A stretch of DNA of 64,000 nucleotides, taken from NCBI GenBank assembly GCA_038893995.1, contig JAWAQK010000004.1, positions 1-64,000 on the forward strand. The letters run 5' to 3'. A program made the position numbers and the translations under genes. Below the pieces are notes generated by a model. That model searched no databases and was not told the DNA's origin. It saw only the letters and a list, made by a program, of their open reading frames with translations. The stretch is from Candidatus Thorarchaeota archaeon. GTDB taxonomy: Archaea; Asgardarchaeota; Thorarchaeia; Thorarchaeales; Thorarchaeaceae. Numbering within the stretch: the first letter of the stretch is position 1; every line of letters starts with the position of its first letter. Below, in pieces: positions 9,799 through 19,514 of the stretch.

Positions 9799-10122
9799 TC
9801 AGTCCTCGGACAGGAGGATCTTCAGGAGCTTGTCAACGGCAGGGGCCATCCTCTCCCGTGCCTGTGACTCGATCTTCTCGATCGATCTCTTGACCTCGTC
9901 CCTGTAACGTTTCTCTAGCTCCTCCTTATGTGTCTGCTTCCTGGCTGCAATGAGCGCGGCCTGACTCTCAGCCCTCTGTTCAGCCTCGGCCAATATCCTC
10001 TGTGACTCCGCCTCTGCCTCGGCCTTGGTCTCAGAGGCCTTCCTCTCTGCCTCTGCAACTCTCTTCTTGGCCTCTTCCTCAGCAATGCGGATCTGCTCTA
10101 TGTCGTCCCCGGTGGTTGACAT
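9799..10122 (-). CDS. atpH: A/V-type ATP synthase subunit H/G (peripheral stalk)
   Basis: IEQIR.AEEEA...AE Ala/Glu-rich coiled coil ending 'AVDKLLKILL'; directly upstream of E. Start 10122. Confidence 0.8.
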   Translation of the reverse strand: MSTTGDDIEQIRIAEEEAKKRVAEAERKASETKAEAEAESQRILAEAEQRAESQAALIAARKQTHKEELEKRYRDEVKRSIEKIESQARERMAPAVDKLLKILLSED

Positions 10123-10274
10123 GGTGCAACACTCCAGCCTGGGTCCAGATGCGGGCACCAAATCCTCCAGATAAAGCTTCACTCTCGTCATAATGTTTAT
10201 CAACAGGACTCGGAGGACTACCTTGTCACCCCTCAGGACCCGGAGGTGGGCTATTCACCTCAGGTGGCCACGAC

Positions 10275-12458
10275 ATGCGCCTGTCCATAACGCCAACTGG
10301 GATGCTGGTTGCAAAGATAGTCTCTCATAGGGATTACGAGCGAGAGATACTTCGTTCTCTAGAGGAGTTTGGCCTCTTCGAATTCGTAGATGTTCGACTC
10401 CAGACAGGCACGACCGACGTCAAGAAGACTCCTGAAGAGGAAATGGTATACTCACTACTGGGGAGGGTCACTAGCATGATCACCTCTCTCGGTCTTGACA
10501 CCACCAGGAGCATGGGTCCTCGCGTCGGAGTCGACGATACTAGACTGAACAATGTTCTGACGATGGTCAATGACGTGATTGGAATCGTGGAGCCCCAGTT
10601 GCTTGAGATTGACAAGAACATCGCGGTGGCTACTCTTGATCTTGACCGGCAGCACGGGCTGCGTGACGTCGCGAAGTCCGTGGGACCTCTGAGGCTGGAC
10701 TTGGGCCTACTGGGGGAGAGCGAGTACACCTACACAGTCGCTGGTGTGATAGGCGCAGAAAAGGTGAGCAAACTCGAATGGGCAGTCCGGGAAGTCTCAG
10801 AGGGTTCTTATGCGATCCGTCGTGTCCCGGTCAGCCGCAACAGAGTGGCCGTGGCTCTCAGTGTCCCCATCGAGAGGAAGGACGCCGTTGACCGTGTCTT
10901 CACAGCCATCGGATTCGAGCAGTTCAAGGTTCCCGAGGGTCAGCGAGGACAGCCGGACGAGATAGTCCGCACTGCAACGGCGGAGATCTCACGGATCGGG
11001 ACCGAGCTGAAGCGACTGAGGGCACGAAAGCGCTTCATTGCCAAGGAGTGGGGCTCCAAGATACTCGCCGCCTGGGAATGCCTGAACATAGAGAAGTCAC
11101 GGATAGACTCCAGACGGTTCATTGTCTATACGTCTCAGGCCATGAAGATATGGGGATGGATCCCCGAGGGCACTGAGGAACGACTCAAGACCATTCTGAA
11201 GGAGCGCGTCGGTCCAGTCATCGAGGTCACGTTTGAGCATCCAGAGTTTGCGGAATACGAGGCCCCCACTCATCTTGACAACCCCCGGGTGATGGCGGCT
11301 GCGGAGGGTCTTGTCAAGGCGTACGGCGTCCCATCGAGACACGATATCGATCCTACCAAGATAATGTTCTTCTCATTTCCGCTCATCTTTGGACTCATCT
11401 TTGCGGATGTCGGCCAGGGACTTCTAATTCTACTTATTGGCCTCGCTGCAAACATCTCCGTCAGGAGGAGGCAGAACTGGGGTCCTATTATGGGGTACGT
11501 CCAGACAGGCGCCATCGGACTGATGATGATGGGTCTCTTTGCGATCTTTGGAGGCCTTCTCTTCGGAAGCTTCTTCGGATCAGAGACTGTCATCGAACCC
11601 CTATGGCCGATATTCTCACATACCACCGAGACAGGCCTGAGGAATCCATTCAGGGATGCCCATATGCTCAAGCTATCGATCGAGATCGGAATAATTCAGA
11701 TGACAATGGGCATCATTCTCAATCTCTACGTGCGTCTGAAGCACAGACAGTATAGAGACGCAATCGTTGCTGTGTCCTATCTATGGCTCTACCTGAGCTT
11801 CGTCACCCTCGTCTTCGGAGTGAGCTACAGCAACATCTCGGCATGGTTCAGCACCACCGGCAGTGTCTATCTCTGGGTGCCTATCCTGGGTATCGGACAT
11901 GGTACGGGCAATAATGGTGTGTATCCGCAGCTTCCAGTGAGTCCTCTTGTCCTCCTCATCTCGTCGATCATTGTCCCGCTGGTGCTAATGCTCGTGGCCT
12001 CTGTCAAGGGTGGTATGGATGGGATCGTTCACTTCATCGAGTACCTCATAGGAATGGTCAGCCATACTGTGAGCTACGCTCGTATCTTCGCGCTGAATAT
12101 GGTCCATGTCGTACTGAGTTCAGTCTTCTTCATGGTAGTCCCCGCTATCGTCAACATCACCATCCCCCCAGTTGAGATCCTTGGCATCGAGATAGTACCC
12201 CATTCGGTGTGGCACGAAGGTCACCAGGTCCCACCATTCCTGCCACTTGGTGGTGCAGTAGTCGGAAGTCTGATCGTGGGGATCCTCGAGGGTCTGCTGG
12301 CGTTCATGCATACGCTCAGGCTACACTTTGTTGAATGGTTCAGTAAGTTCTTCCATGCAGGAGGTATTCCCTTCAGGCCTCACCTGGTCATGAGGCTTCA
12401 CACCGTCGCTGCACTGAGCTCACCAGTGGCAGTGTTCCCGCAGGCAAGGAGTCCGTAG
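10275..12458 (+). CDS. atpI: A/V-type ATP synthase subunit I (a)
   Basis: PT.L.N, YGVP...IDPT, FG.IFADVGQG, SYARIFAL (essential Arg), HTLRLHFVEWFSKF. Confidence 0.95.
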   Translation: MRLSITPTGMLVAKIVSHRDYEREILRSLEEFGLFEFVDVRLQTGTTDVKKTPEEEMVYSLLGRVTSMITSLGLDTTRSMGPRVGVDDTRLNNVLTMVNDVIGIVEPQLLEIDKNIAVATLDLDRQHGLRDVAKSVGPLRLDLGLLGESEYTYTVAGVIGAEKVSKLEWAVREVSEGSYAIRRVPVSRNRVAVALSVPIERKDAVDRVFTAIGFEQFKVPEGQRGQPDEIVRTATAEISRIGTELKRLRARKRFIAKEWGSKILAAWECLNIEKSRIDSRRFIVYTSQAMKIWGWIPEGTEERLKTILKERVGPVIEVTFEHPEFAEYEAPTHLDNPRVMAAAEGLVKAYGVPSRHDIDPTKIMFFSFPLIFGLIFADVGQGLLILLIGLAANISVRRRQNWGPIMGYVQTGAIGLMMMGLFAIFGGLLFGSFFGSETVIEPLWPIFSHTTETGLRNPFRDAHMLKLSIEIGIIQMTMGIILNLYVRLKHRQYRDAIVAVSYLWLYLSFVTLVFGVSYSNISAWFSTTGSVYLWVPILGIGHGTGNNGVYPQLPVSPLVLLISSIIVPLVLMLVASVKGGMDGIVHFIEYLIGMVSHTVSYARIFALNMVHVVLSSVFFMVVPAIVNITIPPVEILGIEIVPHSVWHEGHQVPPFLPLGGAVVGSLIVGILEGLLAFMHTLRLHFVEWFSKFFHAGGIPFRPHLVMRLHTVAALSSPVAVFPQARSP

Positions 12459-12463
12459 ATATC

Positions 12464-14779
12464 TCACTTCCCGGCGGTTGCAAGGTAGAGTGCAAACAGC
12501 TCAGCATCTGTCTTGTATACTGGTTCCTTGTCGAGACCCAGTCGCTGGCCGTTGTCCCATATGCCTCTAGCCAGGAGATCCGCTGTGCTGGCCTTTGCAA
12601 ACACGTTCTCAGCCGCCTGCTGATCGCCCAGCTGTTGGAACACCTGAGCGGCCACTGTGTAGTTGCCGACTGCCTCACGCAGGCGGTCACTGGCCCTGCT
12701 GTAGTATTGTCGTGCCTGTATTCTCTCCTTTCTTCTAGAGAGAAACTCCGCCATGAAGTCCTCCTTTGCGCCCTCTATCCTGGAGAGGTCTCCCTTGAAC
12801 TTGAGGGCAACTCCCTGCAGCTGCTTTATCTGATCGTCCACATTATTCTTCTTTCTTATATCTGGGCTGACCACCCCGCCGAGCTCAGCTGACGCAGCCT
12901 CGAAGCAGGCTATTGCATGTCTTATTCGGCGGGCAGTGTTGTCATGCGATTCCAGTGTCCGCTTCACCACCTCTTCCAGACGGGCCTCATCGACTGGTTC
13001 TTGGTTGACGAGTTGAAGGACTCCCGATCTCTCCAGATGTGTCCTGAATGCCCACTGTTCAGCCTGTCTCGCGAAAGACTGTGCCTCCGCCGAGCATGCG
13101 GTTGCCATGGCCAGCTTACCCAGGTCCCTGAGCTGTTCTGCCAGCTTGTCTTCGTGAACAACTGAGTAGAACCTGGCGGCCTCCTCTGCGTTCAGGTTCT
13201 CAAGTACCCGAGACACTATGAACTTGAAACCCTGTTGGAGCTGCGAACTGACCTGGAACTGAATCACATACTTCAGGTTTGCCAAGACCGCAAGGACACG
13301 ATTCCTGAGCTGCTCGACCTGTTCATCTTCCCGCTCGAGACTGAGTAGGATTCCTAGACTGGTAAGGGCACTTCGGACGAAGTCGAGTGAGTCGGCGGGT
13401 TTCTCAACTAGTACGTTCTGAGCACTGTCAACAGCACGATTAACATCTTGGATGAGTCCCTCTTTTCGTATGCTCTTTGCGAGCTCTATCTGGTCGATGA
13501 TCCCGCTGGGATTCATCTGTGAGTTCTTCATGCGTGTCTGAACAAAGGACAGGATCTTCAGATTCTCTCTGATTGCACCTGTCAGCTCACGACTCTTTGA
13601 CAGCTTCTCGGCCTTTCCGAGATCCTTGAAGATCTCATCGAGGACCTTTTCTGCCTCCTCCCTATTATCAACACTCAGCAGCTGCGCAAGCTCTCGAAAT
13701 GCAGCCTCAGACTTGCAGAATAGTGATTGGGCTCTCCTATGGTCTCTGTCAGCAGCTGACTGTCTCGCGTTGCCCTCCAGTGCATCGGAACTCGCAAACA
13801 TCTTCTGCGCCCTGCCAAAAGCGTCTGATGCCGTCTGATAGAGTTTAGCGGCATCCTCCAAGTTCCCCGCGCGCATCTGGACATCCGCAATGTCTGCATA
13901 TGTCATTGCGTTGTATACTTCGCTAAGTCCTGCTGCGTTCTGTTTCCATCTTTGCACTGCGTCGATCTGATCTGTGACTCCGGCCTTCCTCAGGGCATCG
14001 ATGGCCTCGTTGTACAGGTCTGCCGCCTGCTCGAATATGTACGAACTGAGGATGTCTCTCCACACTATCTCGTCGAACGGATTGAACGCCTGTCGGAATG
14101 TGCTCTCAAGATTGACCAGCTCGTGCAGAAACTCGTCATGGAACTCCGCCTCCGCGATCTTGTTGTACCCCCTCAACTTCATTACCTCGGGGTCTTTGGC
14201 ATCTCGAGTCCTCATCATGAGGTCGAGTGCGAGCGATCCGAGTGCAATCTTGCGAAGCTTCATGGTGCCATCAGTGTGGTCCGGCACGGCTGCAAACGGT
14301 CGATCCAGCATCATGATTACTGTCGAGAATATTCCAAGTGCGTTTCTCTTCTTCTCCTCGTTCTCCTCGTCGACAAAGGGCCCACTGGACGCGGTGGCCT
14401 GGTGCAACCATGCCATCACCCTTGACATCCATATGTCTGCACGGTTCCTTTCTGCCTGTGTCTGAAGTTCCTTCACGGCATTCTCGAGCTGGGCCTTGGT
14501 CTCGCCCTCCGCCTGTTTGATCCTCTCTTTCAGGTAGGCGATATCGAACTCCTCGCCCATCATCTCCTCGTTGAATCTGGCCGTTTCTGAATGGAGCATT
14601 GTGAATGCATCATGCATTGCAATTCTCCTTGACTCGAGACCATCCATGTCGTCTACATCGTGCAATGCGAACTCTCTCACGGCCTCTCGGGCTCTGGTAT
14701 TCAGATCCAGCAGTTTCCTGGTGTATACCTCTTCGCCAAGGTCAGACGATGCCTGTTTTCGGACGATTATGTTCGACAA
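12464..14779 (-). CDS. Large all-alpha (TPR/SNAP-like) hypothetical protein
   Basis: 771 aa, Ala/Glu/Gln/Leu-rich helical composition, repeats such as AGNLEDAAKLYQTASDAF and AVGNYTVAAQVFQQLGD. TTG start preceded by GAGGAG. Confidence 0.7.
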   Translation of the reverse strand: MSNIIVRKQASSDLGEEVYTRKLLDLNTRAREAVREFALHDVDDMDGLESRRIAMHDAFTMLHSETARFNEEMMGEEFDIAYLKERIKQAEGETKAQLENAVKELQTQAERNRADIWMSRVMAWLHQATASSGPFVDEENEEKKRNALGIFSTVIMMLDRPFAAVPDHTDGTMKLRKIALGSLALDLMMRTRDAKDPEVMKLRGYNKIAEAEFHDEFLHELVNLESTFRQAFNPFDEIVWRDILSSYIFEQAADLYNEAIDALRKAGVTDQIDAVQRWKQNAAGLSEVYNAMTYADIADVQMRAGNLEDAAKLYQTASDAFGRAQKMFASSDALEGNARQSAADRDHRRAQSLFCKSEAAFRELAQLLSVDNREEAEKVLDEIFKDLGKAEKLSKSRELTGAIRENLKILSFVQTRMKNSQMNPSGIIDQIELAKSIRKEGLIQDVNRAVDSAQNVLVEKPADSLDFVRSALTSLGILLSLEREDEQVEQLRNRVLAVLANLKYVIQFQVSSQLQQGFKFIVSRVLENLNAEEAARFYSVVHEDKLAEQLRDLGKLAMATACSAEAQSFARQAEQWAFRTHLERSGVLQLVNQEPVDEARLEEVVKRTLESHDNTARRIRHAIACFEAASAELGGVVSPDIRKKNNVDDQIKQLQGVALKFKGDLSRIEGAKEDFMAEFLSRRKERIQARQYYSRASDRLREAVGNYTVAAQVFQQLGDQQAAENVFAKASTADLLARGIWDNGQRLGLDKEPVYKTDAELFALYLATAGK

Positions 14780-14790
14780 TACTTACTCCT

Positions 14791-14867
14791 CTTGACCCAG
14801 TCTAAGACCTACTACCTGATGACTCGTACTTAAGAATAGCTCGGCTCTGCCCCTGAACCGGGTCAAG
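14791..14867. promoter_or_regulatory. Inverted repeat (CTTGACCCRGT) bracketing an AT-rich TATA-like core upstream of the 771-aa gene
   Basis: 14791-14801 cttgacccagt and 14857-14867 accgggtcaag are reverse complements at 10/11 positions; tacttaagaata lies between them. Confidence 0.4.
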
Positions 14868-14884
14868 GACACACCGCCCGTGTC

Positions 14885-15271
14885 TCAGGATACCCTGAAC
14901 TTTATCTCTCGTCCATCCCTGTACTTGACGACCTGGCCGTCCTTGGCCATTCTGTTCAAGACCTCGCTCGTGCGTGAACGTGACTTGCCCCATTGTCTGG
15001 CAAGCTCGGCCGCCGTCATACCATCGCTGGCATCCCTCAGGATGTTGATCAGCTTCGACCAGGATGCGTCCTGGAAGAGACTCTCCCTGGCGTCCTTCGC
15101 GACACTATACCTCTCTGCATATGCGCCAATACTGGATGGTGGAGACGTCTGTGCAAGTCTCTCGTTAAGCTCAGTGACCATCTTCCTCAGAGATTGCACT
15201 GTCATCCTTAGCTCGGCAATCTCTGACCGGAGTCTGCTATTCTCGGACTCTTCGGACATCTTGACTCCCAC
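14885..15271 (-). CDS. Coiled-coil + winged-helix HTH transcriptional regulator
   Basis: N-terminal heptad LRSEIAELRMTVQSLRKMVTELNERL; C-terminal GMTAAELARQWGKSRSRTSEVLNRM..DG.V HTH and wing. Confidence 0.85.
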   Translation of the reverse strand: MGVKMSEESENSRLRSEIAELRMTVQSLRKMVTELNERLAQTSPPSSIGAYAERYSVAKDARESLFQDASWSKLINILRDASDGMTAAELARQWGKSRSRTSEVLNRMAKDGQVVKYRDGREIKFRVS

Positions 15272-15276
15272 ACATC

Positions 15277-15621
15277 TTAGAGTTTCCTGTTCTGCCTTCT
15301 CTTGATTGTGTACAGATCGTCGGGGGTCTTCACGGACGACGTACCCTCTAGCAGTGCATGATACTGTTCGGTCCCAATCCCATCCTCACAGCCGCCCGAG
15401 ATCCTGATACATCCCTCAGTAGACTCTTCAATCGTCTCCTCGATCTTACTGTTTCCGAACTCTATCAGGGGCTCCTCGTCCATCATTCTCTCAAAGGGGT
15501 TGAACACGGCCGCCACTGGGACCGCGTTGATCTCATCGCTTGCTGCCTTTACGGAGATTATTTCCTCAAGAATCTCCCGAGTCTGTCGTGTGCATGTCTC
15601 GTTCTTGTGTTCGTATGTCAT
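15277..15621 (-). CDS. Small acidic hypothetical protein
   Basis: 114 aa, fills the gap between trmI and the HTH gene on the same strand with a 5-bp spacer. Confidence 0.55.
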   Translation of the reverse strand: MTYEHKNETCTRQTREILEEIISVKAASDEINAVPVAAVFNPFERMMDEEPLIEFGNSKIEETIEESTEGCIRISGGCEDGIGTEQYHALLEGTSSVKTPDDLYTIKRRQNRKL

Positions 15622-15700
15622 CCCGTGTCACCACTCACTCAGCTGGTCGTCGTCAACAATCGACAACATCATTCTCTCGTGACTGAATATAAACCTTTGG

Positions 15701-16480
15701 TCATGTACCAGCAAGGGCCCTGGCAAAAGTGATGTATCCCGTATGACCCACCATCCATGTGGGGGGCCGAGTCTTCCCCTCCCTGACCATGATCTCCCGC
15801 TGAAGTACCTCGACTGTCTTGACCATCCCCCACTTTCCACTCTCACCGAGAGCACGACATGTCTTCATGACCTGTTCGATCGTTGGACTGTAGCTGACGA
15901 TGTATCTGCTTGGCTTGAGGACAGTGTGCGCGATGTCAAGCACCTCCCACGGAGTTGCCAGGTCAAGTACAACAGCATCCACGTCTCTCTCCTCTATTCC
16001 CTCGCGGATATCCCTGTTGTACATTGTCACATTATGGGTCAGTCCGAATCTCTCAAGATTCCTCCTGGCGTCGTCGAACATGTCCTTTCGTATCTCGTAG
16101 GTGTAAACATGGCCCGTCGGCCCGACAGCTCTGGAGAGTATGCTTGTCAGGGCGCCAGAACCCGTGCCACTCTCAACAACTCGAGACCCAGCGACTATCT
16201 CGGCCTCGACAAGGATAGTCCCTGCATCCTTTGGATATACTATCTGAGTGTTTCTTCCCAATGAGACCTGTATGTCCGTCTGGCTGGGCCTGTGTATCTG
16301 AAACTCATATCCGGAGTGGCTGATCACCTTTATCCCATAGGGACGACCTATGAGTTCGTCAAAATCTATGATCCCTCTGTTGGTATGAAACTTCTCTCCG
16401 GTCTTCACGCGCTTTATCCAGTTTCTCTTTGCATCCAGGAAGATGAGGACGGGTGACCCCTCTTCTATCAGTTCGGGCAT
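15701..16480 (-). CDS. trmI: tRNA (adenine-57/58-N1)-methyltransferase
   Basis: TQIVYPKD, VVESGTGSGALT, YE.R, LDL..PW, SPTIEQV, M..HTGY. Confidence 0.95.
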   Translation of the reverse strand: MPELIEEGSPVLIFLDAKRNWIKRVKTGEKFHTNRGIIDFDELIGRPYGIKVISHSGYEFQIHRPSQTDIQVSLGRNTQIVYPKDAGTILVEAEIVAGSRVVESGTGSGALTSILSRAVGPTGHVYTYEIRKDMFDDARRNLERFGLTHNVTMYNRDIREGIEERDVDAVVLDLATPWEVLDIAHTVLKPSRYIVSYSPTIEQVMKTCRALGESGKWGMVKTVEVLQREIMVREGKTRPPTWMVGHTGYITFARALAGT

Positions 16481-16587
16481 GAGCGCATCTCGTCAGGACT
16501 CGATATTAGAGTTGACGCTGCCGTGTCAAGGTCGTCTGTTCAACAAAGACTTATCCGGTCATCCTGAATACCGACAGCCGATTGATA

Positions 16588-18669
16588 ATGACAGATGGGA
16601 ACGACCTTCCACCAAAGTGGGCCCTCACTGGAGAGGGGTCGTCCGTGGAGGATCATACTGCAGGACTTCAGTCCCGAATAGCCTCACATCTCGAGTTCAG
16701 ACCCCTCGTACCGCAGCCGCTCGACGTGATGGTCGACGAGCATGGCGTCATAGTCGGAAGGTCCACTTCCCTTCACAGCAGATTGGGGCCCGTTGGACTT
16801 GGACTTCTTGGTGCGGTCTCAGAGTCCTCTGACGATCCGATCGCCTCTTTCCTGGGCAAGCCCGTCCTGATAGACCTGGTCAATCCACATGTAGTAATGG
16901 TCTCGGGAAAGAGGGGTTCTGGAAAGAGTCACACGCTGGGAGTCATTGTCGAGGAGATGGCCCGCTCGATGGAGAAGAGAGAGATCGGCGTGTCGGTGAT
17001 AGTTGTTGATGTCGTCGACGTGTTCAGACAGATGGTGGAGCCGAATACAGGAGCGGCAGAGTTGCTTGCAGTATGGGGTCGTGAACCTAGGGGATATCCC
17101 GTCGCAGTCTTCATACCCCGTATGACCTACGAACAGCTACCCGACGATGTCCGTATAAAGTGGTCTCTGCATCCGCTTGCCATCTCGCCGCGTGACCTGA
17201 CGCAGTCGGACTGGAGCCACGTGTTACAGAAGGAGGGGCAGCTATCAACGACAATGGAGAACCTGATTGGTGACGTATTGGACGCCATTAGGACCGGCTA
17301 CGTACTACAAGACGGCGAGACTGTTCCCCCTACGGATGACTTCAGCATTGAGGAGATGATCAGGTGCATCAGGAATGACAGTCGTTTCGATGACATCTAC
17401 AAACCATCCACACGTTCAGCTCTGGTCCAGCGTCTCAGACGCCTCTCTCGTATGGGGATCTTCCTGAAGAACGGAACGAGTGTTCGGGATCTTGCCGTTG
17501 CTGGCAGGATCACCATCGTAGACATGGCGCCGTTGGGCTCCGACGCAGAGTCTGTACTTGCGGTACTGACGAACATCCTGTGTAGGCAGATACTCTACCA
17601 CCGGATGTCGTGGGAGTCTGACTCGGTCGATGTTCATGAGGAACTGCCACCTGTCTGGCTCGTGATCGATGAGGCTCAGACACTCGTTCCTCGGTCCGGG
17701 ACTGCACCTGCGGGAGAAGCAATCGTAAACTACGCCAAGCTGGGTAGACGGTTTGGATGCAGCCTGATACTCTGTACACAACAGCCATCCGCAGTCTCAG
17801 ACGAGGCCATCTCTCAGGTGGACCTCGCGATCTCGCATGCTCTGACACTCGAGGCGGATATCCGTGCCCTTCAACAGCGCGCCCCTGCGCTAATGCCTGA
17901 TCTTTTCAAGGAGAGGACCTTCATCACAAGCCTTCCTCGAGGTGCAGCATTGGTCTTCGACCAGAATACCGAGAACAGACGTGGCTTTCTTGTCCAGGTG
18001 CGACCCCGAGAGTCCAACCATGGTGGCTCTGACAGGCTCTCACTCCTGTTCGAGGACCTAAGGCTGCTCAGGGAGTTGGAGCCTACGAAGACCGACGAAC
18101 ATGTCTATGGTACTTCCGAGTCAGACAGGTCTGGTGTCACCGGAAGCCAGGATATATCAGGCATGACCAGTGATCAGGATGACCAGGGTCAGGGGAGAGA
18201 TATCTCAGTTCACGAGGAATCATCCCATCTCAAGGGGGCAGTTGAGGCCACCACACCTCCGTTCAATGTGGCTGCGGTGTCAACCAAGCGGTTCGGCCCA
18301 CTGCCTGAGGCCCTTCTTGAAGACGCCCTAGTCAGGACCATGCTCTACTCACCGATCTCCCATGAGTTTCTCTTTCCGACGCCATCAGTGCGCAAGTCTG
18401 CTGTCTCGGTCGTTCGCGAGGACGCAGACCCACGAGCTCTACTGTCTGCCGTCGTCAACAGACTGAGATCACGCGGCATGGCTGTTGAGAGCCTGAACAG
18501 TGCGAACGGCATCCCCCTGGTCATGATGATCTCGGATCAGGCCCGGGCAGTTGTCGCCGTAGCTACCAGTGGAAACTCTGTGTGCGCATCGGTCGTGGCA
18601 ACTGGGGACGAGTCTCGTCAGGTGGAGGCGATTACTGATACTGTTGGTAGATTGTGCATAGACCAGTGA
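16588..18669 (+). CDS. HerA/DUF87-family (FtsK-HerA) P-loop ATPase with C-terminal extension
   Basis: PHVVMVSGKRGSGKSHT Walker A, LVIDEAQ Walker B, GRRFG arginine finger, TQQPS. Confidence 0.88.
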   Translation: MTDGNDLPPKWALTGEGSSVEDHTAGLQSRIASHLEFRPLVPQPLDVMVDEHGVIVGRSTSLHSRLGPVGLGLLGAVSESSDDPIASFLGKPVLIDLVNPHVVMVSGKRGSGKSHTLGVIVEEMARSMEKREIGVSVIVVDVVDVFRQMVEPNTGAAELLAVWGREPRGYPVAVFIPRMTYEQLPDDVRIKWSLHPLAISPRDLTQSDWSHVLQKEGQLSTTMENLIGDVLDAIRTGYVLQDGETVPPTDDFSIEEMIRCIRNDSRFDDIYKPSTRSALVQRLRRLSRMGIFLKNGTSVRDLAVAGRITIVDMAPLGSDAESVLAVLTNILCRQILYHRMSWESDSVDVHEELPPVWLVIDEAQTLVPRSGTAPAGEAIVNYAKLGRRFGCSLILCTQQPSAVSDEAISQVDLAISHALTLEADIRALQQRAPALMPDLFKERTFITSLPRGAALVFDQNTENRRGFLVQVRPRESNHGGSDRLSLLFEDLRLLRELEPTKTDEHVYGTSESDRSGVTGSQDISGMTSDQDDQGQGRDISVHEESSHLKGAVEATTPPFNVAAVSTKRFGPLPEALLEDALVRTMLYSPISHEFLFPTPSVRKSAVSVVREDADPRALLSAVVNRLRSRGMAVESLNSANGIPLVMMISDQARAVVAVATSGNSVCASVVATGDESRQVEAITDTVGRLCIDQ

Positions 18670-18716
18670 GATATGGCTTATAAGGCGGAGACACATCCGA
18701 AGCATGGGTGTTTTAA

Positions 18717-19073
18717 TTGAGCAAGACCGCTGTGCGACCCCCGATAAACCTGAAGATTGCATCGATGATGGACTTTGTTCGCATGCTCGTGTCTTGGTCT
18801 CAGAGAGACCGCCCAGCAAGCGTATTCTACTTCTTGCATGAGGGCAGACACATCTACGGCACACTCATCTCCAACCACGGATACTACGAGATGTACGGAC
18901 TTCCGTTCTGGGTGTACACCGAGACCGACAGCGCCCCTGGGGGAAGATTCCTACAGTATCGTTCAAGACCAGAAGAGAAAGTGGAGTTTGTCGACACAGT
19001 CGAGCCAGAGCCAATGACGATGTACCTGCCAGTGATAAGACTTGCCGAGGCCCTTAGCATACTCACTCTCTAG
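18717..19073 (+). CDS. Conserved archaeal small protein of unknown function
   Basis: 118 aa with YYEMYGLP..VY and 'P..RFL.Y....EKVEF...YLPVI' pattern resembling a TACK/Asgard-type uncharacterised family (recalled, not searched). Confidence 0.6.
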   Translation: MSKTAVRPPINLKIASMMDFVRMLVSWSQRDRPASVFYFLHEGRHIYGTLISNHGYYEMYGLPFWVYTETDSAPGGRFLQYRSRPEEKVEFVDTVEPEPMTMYLPVIRLAEALSILTL

Positions 19074-19513
19074 ACCCGTTGCCTAGAGGACCAATATGTC
19101 CCCCTGTGTTCACTCCATCGAACAAAGTCTGCGATGACCTGTGCATGGTCGAACGCAAGATGCTCGGAGAGTAGGCGCGTCGGAGTGAACCATGAAACGG
19201 CCGCTGCGTCATCTCCTGCCTGGGGATGTGTGGCCAGTGGTCGGCCGACGAAAACAACTGTTACGGTGTGACCACGTGGATCTCGGTCTGGACTGCTATA
19301 CACGCCCATTATGTCCGTCAGGTCCACTTCGATCCCAGTCTCCTCCACGATCTCCCGGACTGCGGCATCCTCGACTCTCTCGCCGTACTCCACAAAACCT
19401 CCTGGCAATGCCCAGAATCCGCGAAACGGATCATTCTTTCTGCGGACGAGCAGAACCTGTCCTGTGTCGTCGACTACAATGACGTCTACTGTGAGTGCAG
19501 ATCGAGGTCGCAT
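19070..19513 (-). CDS. NUDIX hydrolase (ADP-ribose pyrophosphatase-like)
   Basis: Nudix box GGFVEYGERVEDAAVREIVEETG, RDPR, LAFDH. Confidence 0.93.
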   Translation of the reverse strand: MRPRSALTVDVIVVDDTGQVLLVRRKNDPFRGFWALPGGFVEYGERVEDAAVREIVEETGIEVDLTDIMGVYSSPDRDPRGHTVTVVFVGRPLATHPQAGDDAAAVSWFTPTRLLSEHLAFDHAQVIADFVRWSEHRGTYWSSRQRV

Positions 19514-19514
19514 A

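Noticed and set aside
14816-14856. Hammerhead ribozyme (CTGATGA) or C/D box sRNA
   Set aside because: No stem II followed by GAAA; the C-to-D box spacing is about 30 nt with no C'/D' boxes.
16588-19073. HerA-based antiphage system or HerA-NurA repair operon
   Set aside because: No recognisable Sir2, DUF4297, NurA, Mre11 or Rad50 partner; neighbours are housekeeping genes.
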